Origin: an uncultured Prevotellaceae bacterium
GTDB taxonomy: Bacteria; Bacteroidota; Bacteroidia; Bacteroidales; Bacteroidaceae
Assembly: GCA_900313335.1 (NCBI GenBank)
Contig: OMQX01000005.1
Location: 1-38,336, forward strand
Direction of reading: 5' to 3'
Length of the DNA stretch: 38,336 nt
Shown here: positions 1-8,514 of the stretch, one piece after another
How positions within the stretch are numbered: position 1 is the first letter of the stretch
How the letters are laid out: every line of letters starts with the position of its first letter
Position numbers and translations under genes: made by a program
The notes under the pieces: generated by a model
Told to the model about the DNA's origin: nothing
Seen by the model: only the letters and a program-made list of their open reading frames with translations
The model's database searches: none

Positions 1-986
1 ACGCGATACAGGGTCAGGTATTCGTGTACGTTGTTGTAGCCCTGGCTGCGCAGGCACTGGAGCATGAGCTGGCGGTTGATGCCTGTCTCCTCGCACAGGC
101 GGTCACGGTTGAACGTGTAGTCGCACCATGCTGCGCGGTGGTTCTGCATCCAGTGCTGTATGCGGTGATAGCAACGGAGATTGCGCTCGTTAAAATCTTC
201 TTCCCTTCTGGTTTCGGCATCGTTTTGCGCGTTTTCATCGGTATCTTCATCCAGCATATAGCTGTCATCGTCTATGTGGGGAAGGGGCAGGGTGCGTGCC
301 ATATTGTCCAGGGTCTGGAAGACGAGGTACATATTCAGTGCCGAGAATACCCCTACGTACCAGCACAGGCCCTGGGCGCTGTAGTTGAAGCAGACATAGA
401 TATAGAGTACGGAACTGAGGCCCAGCAATGTGCAATAGCCCACCAGGTATGTGGGTATTATGGTCTTGTATGCCATGCGGTGGGGCAGACGGAATATGTT
501 GATGACATAGTAGACTCCCATGCCGAGGGCTATGATACGCATTATCAGGTCGGGAGAGAGTATGTTGTCGGCAAGCTCGGAGAACGAGTATACCTTGGTA
601 AGGCTGCCGAAGGGATAGAATGCGACGAGGGATACGACGCCCAGGATGATGATGGGTGAGGCATAGCCCCACATGCGCCCCCATTGGAGGAAACCGGGCA
701 TGGTGATGCCGAAGGTATAGATACTCTGCATGTAGCTGCCGACGACGAACATGAGCAGCATGCCGGGATGCAGGAGGCCGGGATGACCGTTTGCCACACT
801 TGCGCTGAAAGGCGTAATGATGAGCAGGATCATTGTAAAAAGGCCCATAATCCATGCCAGGCTGAGATATTGCACCTTGTATCTGGCGTAAATGGCCACT
901 ACTGCCGTGGCTACGGCGTGTGCCATAGTACAGCAGGCAAATGTAAGCATTACTATGAAATTCTGGGTCTCCACGGTCTGTATCAT
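1..986 (-). CDS. Polytopic membrane protein (about 7 hydrophobic helices) with a C-terminal AraC/XylS-type helix-turn-helix. The 3' end runs off the left edge of the window.
   Basis: The supplied ORF track lacks this gene because the frame has no stop inside the window. Hand translation of the minus strand from the ATG at 986..984 stays open down to nt 3 (about 328 codons): MIQTVETQNFIVMLTFACCTMAHAVATAVVAIYARYKVQYLSLAWIMGLFTMILLIITPF... Hydrophobic runs of 20-25 aa continue to about aa 225. An acidic linker follows (DDDSYMLDEDTDENAQNDAETRREED), then ...YTFNRDRLCEETGINRQLMLQCLRSQGYNNVHEYLTLYRV, which reads like an AraC-family HTH. The gene starts 13 nt after the stop of the 1219-aa gene on the same strand. 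Confidence 0.6.
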   Translation of the reverse strand, partial: MIQTVETQNFIVMLTFACCTMAHAVATAVVAIYARYKVQYLSLAWIMGLFTMILLIITPFSASVANGHPGLLHPGMLLMFVVGSYMQSIYTFGITMPGFLQWGRMWGYASPIIILGVVSLVAFYPFGSLTKVYSFSELADNILSPDLIMRIIALGMGVYYVINIFRLPHRMAYKTIIPTYLVGYCTLLGLSSVLYIYVCFNYSAQGLCWYVGVFSALNMYLVFQTLDNMARTLPLPHIDDDSYMLDEDTDENAQNDAETRREEDFNERNLRCYHRIQHWMQNHRAAWCDYTFNRDRLCEETGINRQLMLQCLRSQGYNNVHEYLTLYR

Positions 987-999
987 GTTTCTTGGGTAA

Positions 1000-3900
1000 T
1001 TAATTTCCTGCCATGATGGCCAGTATCGTGGTCACGTCACCGATCTCTATCTCGCCGTTTTTATTTGCATCGGCTGCCTTTGTATCGTAGAAACCGGTAT
1101 CGTCGGGTGTGGCCATCAGGGTCAGTACGGATGTAATGTCTCCGATTTCCACCTCGCCATTGCCGTTGGCGTCACCTACGAGGTAGGCATCCTTGTCTGT
1201 GCCTACAACGACCTTGATGGTCTGACCAAGTGATTCCTGCATGTCGATGTCCAATTCGCAATAGAGGCGTCCGGCATATATCTTGCCAACGTTCAGGTCG
1301 ACGGGGATGTCGCCGAGCCACGGACCAAACCATTCGTCGGTGGAGATGCCTTCCTTGTCGCCTGCGGCAATGGTTACGGTCTTCTTTATCTTGAAGGTGG
1401 TGACACCGTCCTCGTTGATCATTGTGATGCCCGACAGTACGATTGTGCCTATAGGCATGGCCTCGCCATCGATGATGAGCTGGAAGTTGGGCAGTTCGAA
1501 ATCGAATGTGCCGTCGCCGTTTTCACGGGTATATACGGTGGATTCCTCGGGCTCGGAGGCTTCCTGATTGATTGTTACGGCTATCATCTCGGTAAACTCG
1601 GTGCTGACGGCCGAGGCGTCCTTGAAGCTTATGACGTAGGTGTTGTCCAGATTGTAACCGCTGGTGACGATGGTCAGGACATTGGCCTTGCGGTTGAATG
1701 ACAGCTGGGTCTTCTGTGTGTCCTGGTTGGTGGAATAGGTCAGGAGGCTGGCATTGTAGTATTTGTCAACGGTGCTTGCGTTGAGGATGTCCTCGCCGTC
1801 GAACATCAATGTAGTGAGTCCCGGTGCCGGCTTGTGGTACTGGATGGTGTATTGTATGGGGGCATAGCCGTAGTTGATGCCTTCCTCCTGGCTGAGTGTA
1901 ACGTGCATCTGCCACTGTACGGAGTCGAACTTGCATTCGTATACGCCATATCCTGCAGTCTCGACTGCAGGTATAATCTCTTCCTTCCAGAAGACGTCGG
2001 ACATGTCGATGGTGTTGGAAGAAGAGGGTGTATATGTCTTGTCGTCATAGGTATAGCTGAGCATCTTCATCTCGGGTGCTGGCTTGGCAAGGAGCTGGAT
2101 ATTGCTGATTGAAATCCACTGGTGGATGATTCCCTCGCACGAACCGCCTATCTCGACAGTGACATTGTCATTGGGGTTCATTACGTCGAATGCCAAATAG
2201 CGGTATTCCCATCCGCGTCCGACGTTGTTGTTGGCATAAGTGCCGTCGGAACGGAAATTGACGTTGCCGTTCACGTCGACGCCGCGACCTGTATCACCCT
2301 TGGATGGGAAGGATACGCTCTGGTCACCTACCTTGATGTATGACTGGGCATACTGGCTGGCGCGTGCGGTGGCCTTGACCATGTAGTGGCCGGCAGGGAG
2401 CTTGACAGTCTGACGGGCACTTGATGTCCATGGGCTGGATGATTCCCAGTAGTTGACAGGCGAGGCTGACTGCTCGTAGTACGGAGTCATGGTGCCGTCC
2501 CAGTGGTGTCCGCCGGTTGTATTCTTGGACATGTTGGTATTCCAGTATGTGGAGTTGGTCAGGTCGGTTGAACCGAGCAAAGACGTGCGGTCTTCGGTAA
2601 AGCCTTTGTCCACGAAGTTGAACTGGGCTGCGCGTACGGTAGCGAGGAGGTCGCTGAGGACTGTCTTGTTGGTGGCGTTCTTGTTCATAACCTGGCGATA
2701 CGAGGTGATGTCCATACCCATCTGCTGGGCACGTGTCAGCTCGTCGTACAGCTCGATGCGGAGATTGCGGCAGTCAACGGCATTGCAGTCAAAGAACTGC
2801 CATTTTGCAAGGTCGTTGCGTGCATCACCAGAGCCATATGGGTCCAGTTTGTTGGCTCCGTCTGCACCACTTGCTGCATTTTCGCTCCAGAACAGGAATG
2901 CCTGATACGAACGATCTACAAACCATGCTCTCCAAGTTGCCGTCTTGGAAATGATATATCCGTCAACTGACTGCTGGATATCCAGCTCTGTAGCAGAGGT
3001 GCTGTTTACACTGTAGGACACACTGGTCGGTGCCGTAACGACGATATTGTAATTAATGGTAATGTTGAAATACCTGCCGTTGGTGCTCTGTATGTAGTTA
3101 TTGTCGGTTACGGTCCATTTTGTGATGTCAACGCCTTTGCCGCTGGAAAGGGTATTGTTGTCCAGTACATACATGTCGTGGTATTTGTTCCGGATGTAGT
3201 ACTGCTTGTTCTTCTCCATCTTGACGGGCTCGATGACCTCATCACGGGGATCGGGCATTTGGCCGAGTCCGAACTGGTATGTATATACGCGGTTGAAGAT
3301 GTCGTAACCGTCTGCTGCCTGGGCAGTAACGGTCAGCAGGAGCGTGCCCTCGTCAAACGAGCGCACGAGGGTGGCGTCCTCGTTGCCAATGAGGACAAAA
3401 TCTGACTCGCTATACAGGTCGGTCGTGCTGAAGGCATCGACGTTGACGGACTCGCCATTCCATGTTGCTGACACGATAGCGGGGGCTGGCACGTGGAACT
3501 GTATGATACGTGTAATCTTGTTATCGAACATGTCTGTCATTACAACGGTAAGCTGACAGGTCTTGATATCGAATGATTCGGTATGTGAGCGGACGTCATC
3601 GTTGAACGTAAGTTGCATGCGTTCCTTATTATATATAACGTCTTGGGAATTGGTGAGCAGATCGACTCCGTCCTGAGTGGCACTGGTGATATCGGCATTG
3701 GGCTTGGTGAACGGTATCGTGTATGAATGGAAATTGCTTGCGTCCTCGCTGAAATTCTCACCGCGGACGGTAACCGTCAATGCGTATGCGTTGTAGTCGA
3801 AGCTGTATGACCATGTTGCTGCGCGGCCGGTCATCTTGACGTCGGTAAGCTTGTCGGGGTCAAAGAGGCAGTCCATCTTTGTCCTGCCCAGTATGTCCTG

Positions 3901-4647
3901 GCCGTCATAGGTAATACTCTTTGCCTCGCTGTAGTACAGCATCTCGAGGTCGTCAACATAGAGGTGGTCTGACTCGGCTCCGTCGCCTGCGATTGCACTG
4001 GTGCTTATATTTACCAGGACATAATAGGGATCACGGGACGAATCCTTGACGTCAAAGGGGACGGTATATTGGGTCCAGGTGCTGTTGCTGGGGGTGGACT
4101 TGATGCTGCTGGCTACAACGGTTGCTGTGATGTTGTTGGCCTGGGGGTCCTGGAAATAGCCCTTGGTAGTGAGGGTGATGCTGACCTTGCCGTCGTTCTT
4201 GCCGTTGAACTTGACCCAATAGCGTGCTGCATCGGGGTGACCGGAGAAGCGCATTGACTGGTCGGTACGGCTCTCGTTGATGTAGTTGTAGTTTCCGCTT
4301 GCATCGGTGGCGGTTGTAGAACCCATGTTGACGCAGCCTGTGGTAAGGTTGCCCTGGGCGATGATACCGAACATTACATTACGTGCCTTGATCTCGGCGC
4401 TGTAATGTCCCTTGGTACCTGGGCGTGTATCGGTGCTCTTCCATAGCTGTACTGCGCCTGCCATTCCCTTCAGGGAACCTGTTCCGTCCAGGAAGGAGCT
4501 CCAAAGCAGGGGTTCCTCGCCGGTCTTGCCGCTGTATGAGACTTCTTCCCACTGCTCGAAATCGGAGTTGCCCAACTGATACTGGGCGTTAGCCGATATT
4601 GCAACGGCTGCCATCAGGAAGGTATATAAAAATCTTTTCATCTTCAT
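1000..4647 (-). CDS. Secreted multidomain surface protein: N-terminal PCMD-like module, Ig-like repeats, ricin-like and CBM-like insert, calycin-like beta-barrel, C-terminal type I dockerin
   Basis: The track ORF is 1000..4659, but its first codon is TTG. The ATG codons at 4647 and 4641 give MKMKRFLYTFLMAAVAISANA|QYQ, a typical signal peptide. The N-terminal module NSDFEQWEEV...GNLTTGCVNMG...NYNYINE...FSGHPDA is paralogous to that of the neighbouring 969-aa protein. The module DFELPNFQLIIDGEAMPIGTIVL...WFGPWLGDIPVDL matches the calycin-like module of that protein. The tail carries two EF-hand-like dockerin repeats. Confidence 0.85.
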   Translation of the reverse strand: MKMKRFLYTFLMAAVAISANAQYQLGNSDFEQWEEVSYSGKTGEEPLLWSSFLDGTGSLKGMAGAVQLWKSTDTRPGTKGHYSAEIKARNVMFGIIAQGNLTTGCVNMGSTTATDASGNYNYINESRTDQSMRFSGHPDAARYWVKFNGKNDGKVSITLTTKGYFQDPQANNITATVVASSIKSTPSNSTWTQYTVPFDVKDSSRDPYYVLVNISTSAIAGDGAESDHLYVDDLEMLYYSEAKSITYDGQDILGRTKMDCLFDPDKLTDVKMTGRAATWSYSFDYNAYALTVTVRGENFSEDASNFHSYTIPFTKPNADITSATQDGVDLLTNSQDVIYNKERMQLTFNDDVRSHTESFDIKTCQLTVVMTDMFDNKITRIIQFHVPAPAIVSATWNGESVNVDAFSTTDLYSESDFVLIGNEDATLVRSFDEGTLLLTVTAQAADGYDIFNRVYTYQFGLGQMPDPRDEVIEPVKMEKNKQYYIRNKYHDMYVLDNNTLSSGKGVDITKWTVTDNNYIQSTNGRYFNITINYNIVVTAPTSVSYSVNSTSATELDIQQSVDGYIISKTATWRAWFVDRSYQAFLFWSENAASGADGANKLDPYGSGDARNDLAKWQFFDCNAVDCRNLRIELYDELTRAQQMGMDITSYRQVMNKNATNKTVLSDLLATVRAAQFNFVDKGFTEDRTSLLGSTDLTNSTYWNTNMSKNTTGGHHWDGTMTPYYEQSASPVNYWESSSPWTSSARQTVKLPAGHYMVKATARASQYAQSYIKVGDQSVSFPSKGDTGRGVDVNGNVNFRSDGTYANNNVGRGWEYRYLAFDVMNPNDNVTVEIGGSCEGIIHQWISISNIQLLAKPAPEMKMLSYTYDDKTYTPSSSNTIDMSDVFWKEEIIPAVETAGYGVYECKFDSVQWQMHVTLSQEEGINYGYAPIQYTIQYHKPAPGLTTLMFDGEDILNASTVDKYYNASLLTYSTNQDTQKTQLSFNRKANVLTIVTSGYNLDNTYVISFKDASAVSTEFTEMIAVTINQEASEPEESTVYTRENGDGTFDFELPNFQLIIDGEAMPIGTIVLSGITMINEDGVTTFKIKKTVTIAAGDKEGISTDEWFGPWLGDIPVDLNVGKIYAGRLYCELDIDMQESLGQTIKVVVGTDKDAYLVGDANGNGEVEIGDITSVLTLMATPDDTGFYDTKAADANKNGEIEIGDVTTILAIMAGN
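1003..1173 (-). other. Type I dockerin module (two Ca-binding loop plus helix repeats) at the C-terminus of the 1219-aa protein
   Basis: The two repeats are DANGNGEVEIGDITSVLTLM and DANKNGEIEIGDVTTILAIM, with the first Asp residues 34 residues apart. Each has the D-x-N-x-N/D-G-x-x-x-x-x-D 12-residue loop followed by a hydrophobic helix. This is the canonical dockerin duplicated-segment pattern. Confidence 0.75.
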
Positions 4648-4700
4648 CTCGTAGTTCAATCTATTATCCTAAATATAATACCTGTTTCTATCAAATGTCA

Positions 4701-7610
4701 TCAGAGTTTCAGCACGAGGCGGCCGTTTACGACGTGTATGCCCTTGGCTGACGGGTTGACGCGCTGGCCCTGAAGGTTGTAGCAGGAGCCGACGGTTGTA
4801 TTGGACGATGGTCTTGCTGTCACGAAATCGGTAACCCCGGTAAAGTCCTCGCCGTCCAGATTATCAAAGTATGCCTTGTTGCCTACCTGCACGTCGATAT
4901 CCTGACCACCGGCATGCAGTTTGATAGTTACGAACAGCTGCTCGTTGTTGATCTTGCCTGCTGTGGGCAAGGGGAGTGTTCCCAGCAGGGGACCCATCCA
5001 CATTGCATCGGCGGGGTCTGTGCCTGCGGCAATGTCAAGATTGCCGTTGTATTCGAATGTGGAATAGTGCTGACCTGTGTCTGTAAGACCTACATTCTCG
5101 ATCAATATATTGCCGACGTACATGGGATCTGAATCTCCGGACTTGAGAATAAAGTTATAGAGTGCCAGGTCTATAGTATTGTCGTCATGGAAGGTGATCT
5201 GCACCTCGCTGTCCATAGGGCCGTTCATCTTGCCGTCTACGCCGACGTAAAGGTCCTCGCTGTATGTCTTTGTTCCTGATGTGGGCATCATCCATGCGGG
5301 TTTGGCAAGCTTCCAGATGCTGTACGGTACCTGTACCTTGTACTTTGGATCTGTGTATGTGCCTGACATCTTGACCTCGTCGTCGGTAGCATCCCATGTA
5401 ATGGCATAGGTGCGGTTGATTTCTTCGTCGGCAACGCTTTCGTCGGAAGAATGCTTGATTACTACGTAGCACAGGTTAACGTATGTCGCATCATAGGGGA
5501 TTACCTCGGGATTGTAGGTTACGGAACCGGGCTTGATCCAATAGTCGATCTTTGCGGCCGGCTTTGCGGGCTTGAGGATGTAATACTGGACCTCTACCTT
5601 GTATTCGGAATCGTAGTATGTTCCTGTTATGGATTTCTCTTCGTTGGTCTGGAACCAGTCGAGGGTGGTTGAACGTGGTATCTCGACGTCCTCGACATCT
5701 GCCTTGGAGGAGTGCTTGAGTATCACATAGGACATCTGGACGGATGTTGCATCGTATGTGAGGGTGGATGGATTGAATGTAACGGAGTTGGGCTTGAGCT
5801 TGTATGTAATTATCGGTTCTGCATCCTTGCCCAGCTCGTTGCCTACCTCGACCTGAACCATCTGACCCATTGTGGACATGAGGTTGATGAAGATCTGGAC
5901 GTGAAGCTCCTGGTCGTTCATCTCGCCAGTCATCTGCATGGGGATAACGCCCAAATAGGGGCCCATCCAGAACTTTTCGGGGTCGCTGCCCTCGGGGATT
6001 GTTATATTTCCGGTGAACGAGAACTTGCCGGCTGCTATGGTACGGTCCCATTCCTGTGAAATATTCTGGACTTTGATATTGCCGACAGGTATCTCGTCGC
6101 CGTTGCTGATGAGTATAAAGTCGTTCAGGGCAAAGTCTATGACACCGTCCTGGCCGTATTTTACATTAACCACACATGGCTGTGGGTCGCCCTTTTGGCC
6201 GTTGATGGTGACGGTGACATTGTCCTCGTATGTCGATACTGTTCCTGCAGAGGGCCATTCGTGTACGGGTTCGGGCTCCTCATCCTTCTCGTAAGTGGCC
6301 ATATAGGTGGCATTGGATGTTACAATCTCGACAATAGCGGGTGTCCACCCCATGAAGGTATAGCCTTCGCGTACGGGGTTTTCGGGAACGATTATCCTGT
6401 CACCTTCCTTGATCTGTGTAGTGAAGATGGTCTCTCCGTTGTAATTGAGGAATGTAACGGTGTAGTAGACGTCCTCTGGGATTATCTCCTCGTAGGTGGC
6501 AGTATATGTGGCGTCTGCCTGTGCGGGTGAGACAATATCGGGGTCCCAGCCTGTAAAGGTGTATCCCTCGCGGGCAGGTGCATTGGGGGCGACAACGGGG
6601 TCTCCTTCCTTTATGGTCTTGGTGACTATGGTCTGGCCGTCATAGGTCAGGAACGTGACGGTGTAGTATACCGTGGGTTTCCTGAACTGGTATGTGTATG
6701 TGTGCTCAGAGCTGTTGTCCTGTGCAGTAACCTTGACGGTCAGCACGTATGTAGCGGGGTTGTACTGGTGTGTGATGGTTGCGCCTGCGCCATTGGATTT
6801 CAAGCCGGAAAGGAGGCTTTCGTCGTACTCGGCATCAACAGAGATCTTCCCCAGGATGCTCTTTCCGTTATACATGATTTCCGACAGTTCGCTGTTGTAT
6901 ACCAGGGAGATATCGTCGATGTACATATAGTCGTCCTTGCTACCCTTGCCGGGGATGTTGGTCGTCGTAAACGATACGAGTGCATAGGCGGGATTGTCGT
7001 TGCCGACATAGTTGAACGGTATGGTGTATTCGGTCCATTGGTCGTTGCTGTCTGCAAACTGTGCGGCACTGCCGACCATCTGGCCGGTGATGTCGTCGCC
7101 TGTGGCAATGGGGAACTGGAAACGGCCGGCGCTGTGCAGATATGCTGCAATCTGTCCTTTGTTTACGCCGTGGAAGCGTACCCAGACCTTCATTGCGTCG
7201 GGACGTCCGGTAAACTGCATGGCCTGACCGCTGGTGATATTGGTGTAATTGTAGTTGACGGCGGTGTTGCCCTGATTGAGATGGCCCATCTCGACACAGC
7301 CGGTCGTCAGATTACCTGCCAGGTTCAGGGTCAGATAGTTCTTGCCCTTGACGAGGACACTGGTTGTACCTGCAGAGCCAGTGCGTGCCTCGCCCTTCTC
7401 CAAGGGTGCTGCGTACTTTACGGCATTGGCCTTGACCGCACCTGTACCTGTCAGATACGAGTGCCATGCAATGGGTGCTATTTGTGTCTTATCGTTATAT
7501 GTGACATCCTCCCACTGTTCGAAATCTGAATTCTGGAACTGGAAGATGCCCTGAGCGCCGGCTGTGGCAACCAGCATACCTGCAACAAACAATGTAAATA
7601 ATTTCTTCAT
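4701..7610 (-). CDS. Secreted multidomain surface protein: PCMD-like N-terminal module, 2 Listeria-Bacteroides (Flg_new-like) repeats, 2 calycin-like beta-barrels, 2 extra ~85-aa repeats, T9SS C-terminal sorting domain
   Basis: 969-aa ORF with signal peptide MKKLFTLFVAGMLVATAGAQG. The module NSDFEQWEDV...GNLTTGCVEMG...NYNYTN...FTGRPDA is paralogous to the 1219-aa protein. The sequence YYTVTF(L)xYxGxTI...EGYTFxGW occurs twice. The sequence DFALNDFILISNGDEIPVGNI...FWMGPYLGVIP and its variant DLALYNFILKSGDSDPMYVGNI...MWMGPLLGTLP are the two calycin-like modules. The tail ...CYNLQGQRVNPSAKGIHVVNGRLVLKL resembles a T9SS type A C-terminal domain. Confidence 0.88.
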   Translation of the reverse strand: MKKLFTLFVAGMLVATAGAQGIFQFQNSDFEQWEDVTYNDKTQIAPIAWHSYLTGTGAVKANAVKYAAPLEKGEARTGSAGTTSVLVKGKNYLTLNLAGNLTTGCVEMGHLNQGNTAVNYNYTNITSGQAMQFTGRPDAMKVWVRFHGVNKGQIAAYLHSAGRFQFPIATGDDITGQMVGSAAQFADSNDQWTEYTIPFNYVGNDNPAYALVSFTTTNIPGKGSKDDYMYIDDISLVYNSELSEIMYNGKSILGKISVDAEYDESLLSGLKSNGAGATITHQYNPATYVLTVKVTAQDNSSEHTYTYQFRKPTVYYTVTFLTYDGQTIVTKTIKEGDPVVAPNAPAREGYTFTGWDPDIVSPAQADATYTATYEEIIPEDVYYTVTFLNYNGETIFTTQIKEGDRIIVPENPVREGYTFMGWTPAIVEIVTSNATYMATYEKDEEPEPVHEWPSAGTVSTYEDNVTVTINGQKGDPQPCVVNVKYGQDGVIDFALNDFILISNGDEIPVGNIKVQNISQEWDRTIAAGKFSFTGNITIPEGSDPEKFWMGPYLGVIPMQMTGEMNDQELHVQIFINLMSTMGQMVQVEVGNELGKDAEPIITYKLKPNSVTFNPSTLTYDATSVQMSYVILKHSSKADVEDVEIPRSTTLDWFQTNEEKSITGTYYDSEYKVEVQYYILKPAKPAAKIDYWIKPGSVTYNPEVIPYDATYVNLCYVVIKHSSDESVADEEINRTYAITWDATDDEVKMSGTYTDPKYKVQVPYSIWKLAKPAWMMPTSGTKTYSEDLYVGVDGKMNGPMDSEVQITFHDDNTIDLALYNFILKSGDSDPMYVGNILIENVGLTDTGQHYSTFEYNGNLDIAAGTDPADAMWMGPLLGTLPLPTAGKINNEQLFVTIKLHAGGQDIDVQVGNKAYFDNLDGEDFTGVTDFVTARPSSNTTVGSCYNLQGQRVNPSAKGIHVVNGRLVLKL
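4704..4838 (-). other. Putative T9SS C-terminal sorting domain (short, type A-like)
   Basis: The last ~45 aa are FTGVTDFVTARPSSNTTVGSCYNLQGQRVNPSAKGIHVVNGRLVLKL. The pattern Y-x-L-x-G-x-R-V ... KG-I-x-(I/V)-V-N-G-x-x-V-x-K at the extreme C-terminus is characteristic of Bacteroidota Por-secretion tails. Confidence 0.6.
5295..5813 (-). repeat. Two tandem ~85-aa repeats of unknown fold between the two calycin-like modules of the 969-aa gene
   Basis: The copies are ITYKLKPNSVTFNPSTLTYDATSVQMSYVILKHSSKADVEDVEI...ITGTYYDSEYKVEVQYYILKPAKPA and IDYWIKPGSVTYNPEVIPYDATYVNLCYVVIKHSSDESVADEEI...MSGTYTDPKYKVQVPYSIWKLAKPA. Confidence 0.7.
6288..6671 (-). repeat. Two tandem ~62-aa Listeria-Bacteroides-type repeats inside the 969-aa gene
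   Basis: The copies are VYYTVTFLTYDGQTIVTKTIKEGDPVVAPNAPAREGYTFTGWDPDIV...ATYTATYE and VYYTVTFLNYNGETIFTTQIKEGDRIIVPENPVREGYTFMGWTPAIV...ATYMATYE. They are roughly 60 percent identical by eye. Confidence 0.7.
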
Positions 7611-7665
7611 CTGAAATCCGATCTGTCTTTTTACCTTATTTTTTTCCTATAATTCCCTACATGTA

Positions 7666-8514
7666 TCAGAAGCAATATGCTCCGCCTATTGTTCCAAATA
7701 TTGGGAACATCTTGAAACGTACTGTGTCATAATCGCCGGGGAAGATGCTGGTGAAGCCCCAGTCAAGCTTACCGAATGCTCCGATGTGCTTGGTTATCTT
7801 CCAGTCGAAAAGGAGCTCGACACCTGCAGTGCAGAAGACCATATCCTTGCCCAGGCTGGTTGTGGCTTCCTTCTCGGGACCGAATATGTTCTTGTCCTGA
7901 GTAGGGCCGGAACCGTCACCGTGGTCAACGCGGAGATATGCGTCCTCGGCACGCTCTGCCTCGGGGAATCCGTGTACCTTGGCATCGAAATTCTTGGACA
8001 GGAACATCTGCAAATAAGGACCCATGCTCACGTGCCAGCGAGGGCTCATGCGCAGGGTTGCCATTACGGGTATTGTCAATGTCCAGTTGTTGATGCTGGT
8101 CTCGTTGATACCGGTAAACCATCCTTTCTGTTCCTCGCCATCAAGCACTATCTTGGTATAATAGTTCTTTACTTCGGCTCTGGTCGAGAAGCCCTGGTTG
8201 GCGAGTGTGACGCCTATCTTCAGGCCCCAACGGCGGTTGAACATCTTGTAGCCCTCGACACCGACGCTGATACCTCCCTGGGGGCTGAATTTCTGAATCT
8301 GCCGGATTTCACGGGGAATGGGAAGCGGGGAATAACCTCCGATGCTGTATCCCATCTTAAGTTGGAAACCGAAGCCTGTACGGCTGGTAGGTCCCCAGCG
8401 TTCCCATTTGTCTGCAACGGGAATTGGTGTGTCAACATCGGTTTCCTGAGCCCATACCGGCATGGTAGCCAAGCATACAACGGCTACCGCAATATATTTG
8501 ATTATCCTGTTCAT
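7666..8514 (-). CDS. Small outer-membrane beta-barrel protein (OMP_b-brl_2 / porin-family-like)
   Basis: The track ORF is 7666..8517, but its first codon is TTG. The ATG at 8514..8512 overlaps the upstream TGA by 1 nt (TGATG). The signal peptide is MNRIIKYIAVAVVCLATMPVWA|QE. Alternating amphipathic strands are visible (FGFQLKMGYSIGG, WGLKIGVTLA, WTLTIPVMATLRMSPRWHVSMGPYLQMFL, AGVELLFDWKI, FGKLDWGF). The C-terminus is aromatic (...GGAYCF). Confidence 0.8.
   Translation of the reverse strand: MNRIIKYIAVAVVCLATMPVWAQETDVDTPIPVADKWERWGPTSRTGFGFQLKMGYSIGGYSPLPIPREIRQIQKFSPQGGISVGVEGYKMFNRRWGLKIGVTLANQGFSTRAEVKNYYTKIVLDGEEQKGWFTGINETSINNWTLTIPVMATLRMSPRWHVSMGPYLQMFLSKNFDAKVHGFPEAERAEDAYLRVDHGDGSGPTQDKNIFGPEKEATTSLGKDMVFCTAGVELLFDWKITKHIGAFGKLDWGFTSIFPGDYDTVRFKMFPIFGTIGGAYCF

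Noticed and set aside
24-855. Track ORFs 24..659(+), 265..855(-), 14..268(-), 545..799(-) and 684..1016(+)
   Set aside because: Their translations are Arg/Pro/His/Ala-rich and low in complexity with no recognisable motifs. The remaining minus frame gives a coherent 7-TM plus HTH protein, so these are shadow ORFs of that gene.
7666-8514. The beta-barrel as a PorP/SprF-type T9SS partner of the adjacent CTD protein
   Set aside because: The mature N-terminus (QETDVDTPIPVADKWERW...) and strand pattern look like the generic OMP_b-brl_2 family rather than PorP/SprF. The idea is kept only as an open question in the findings.
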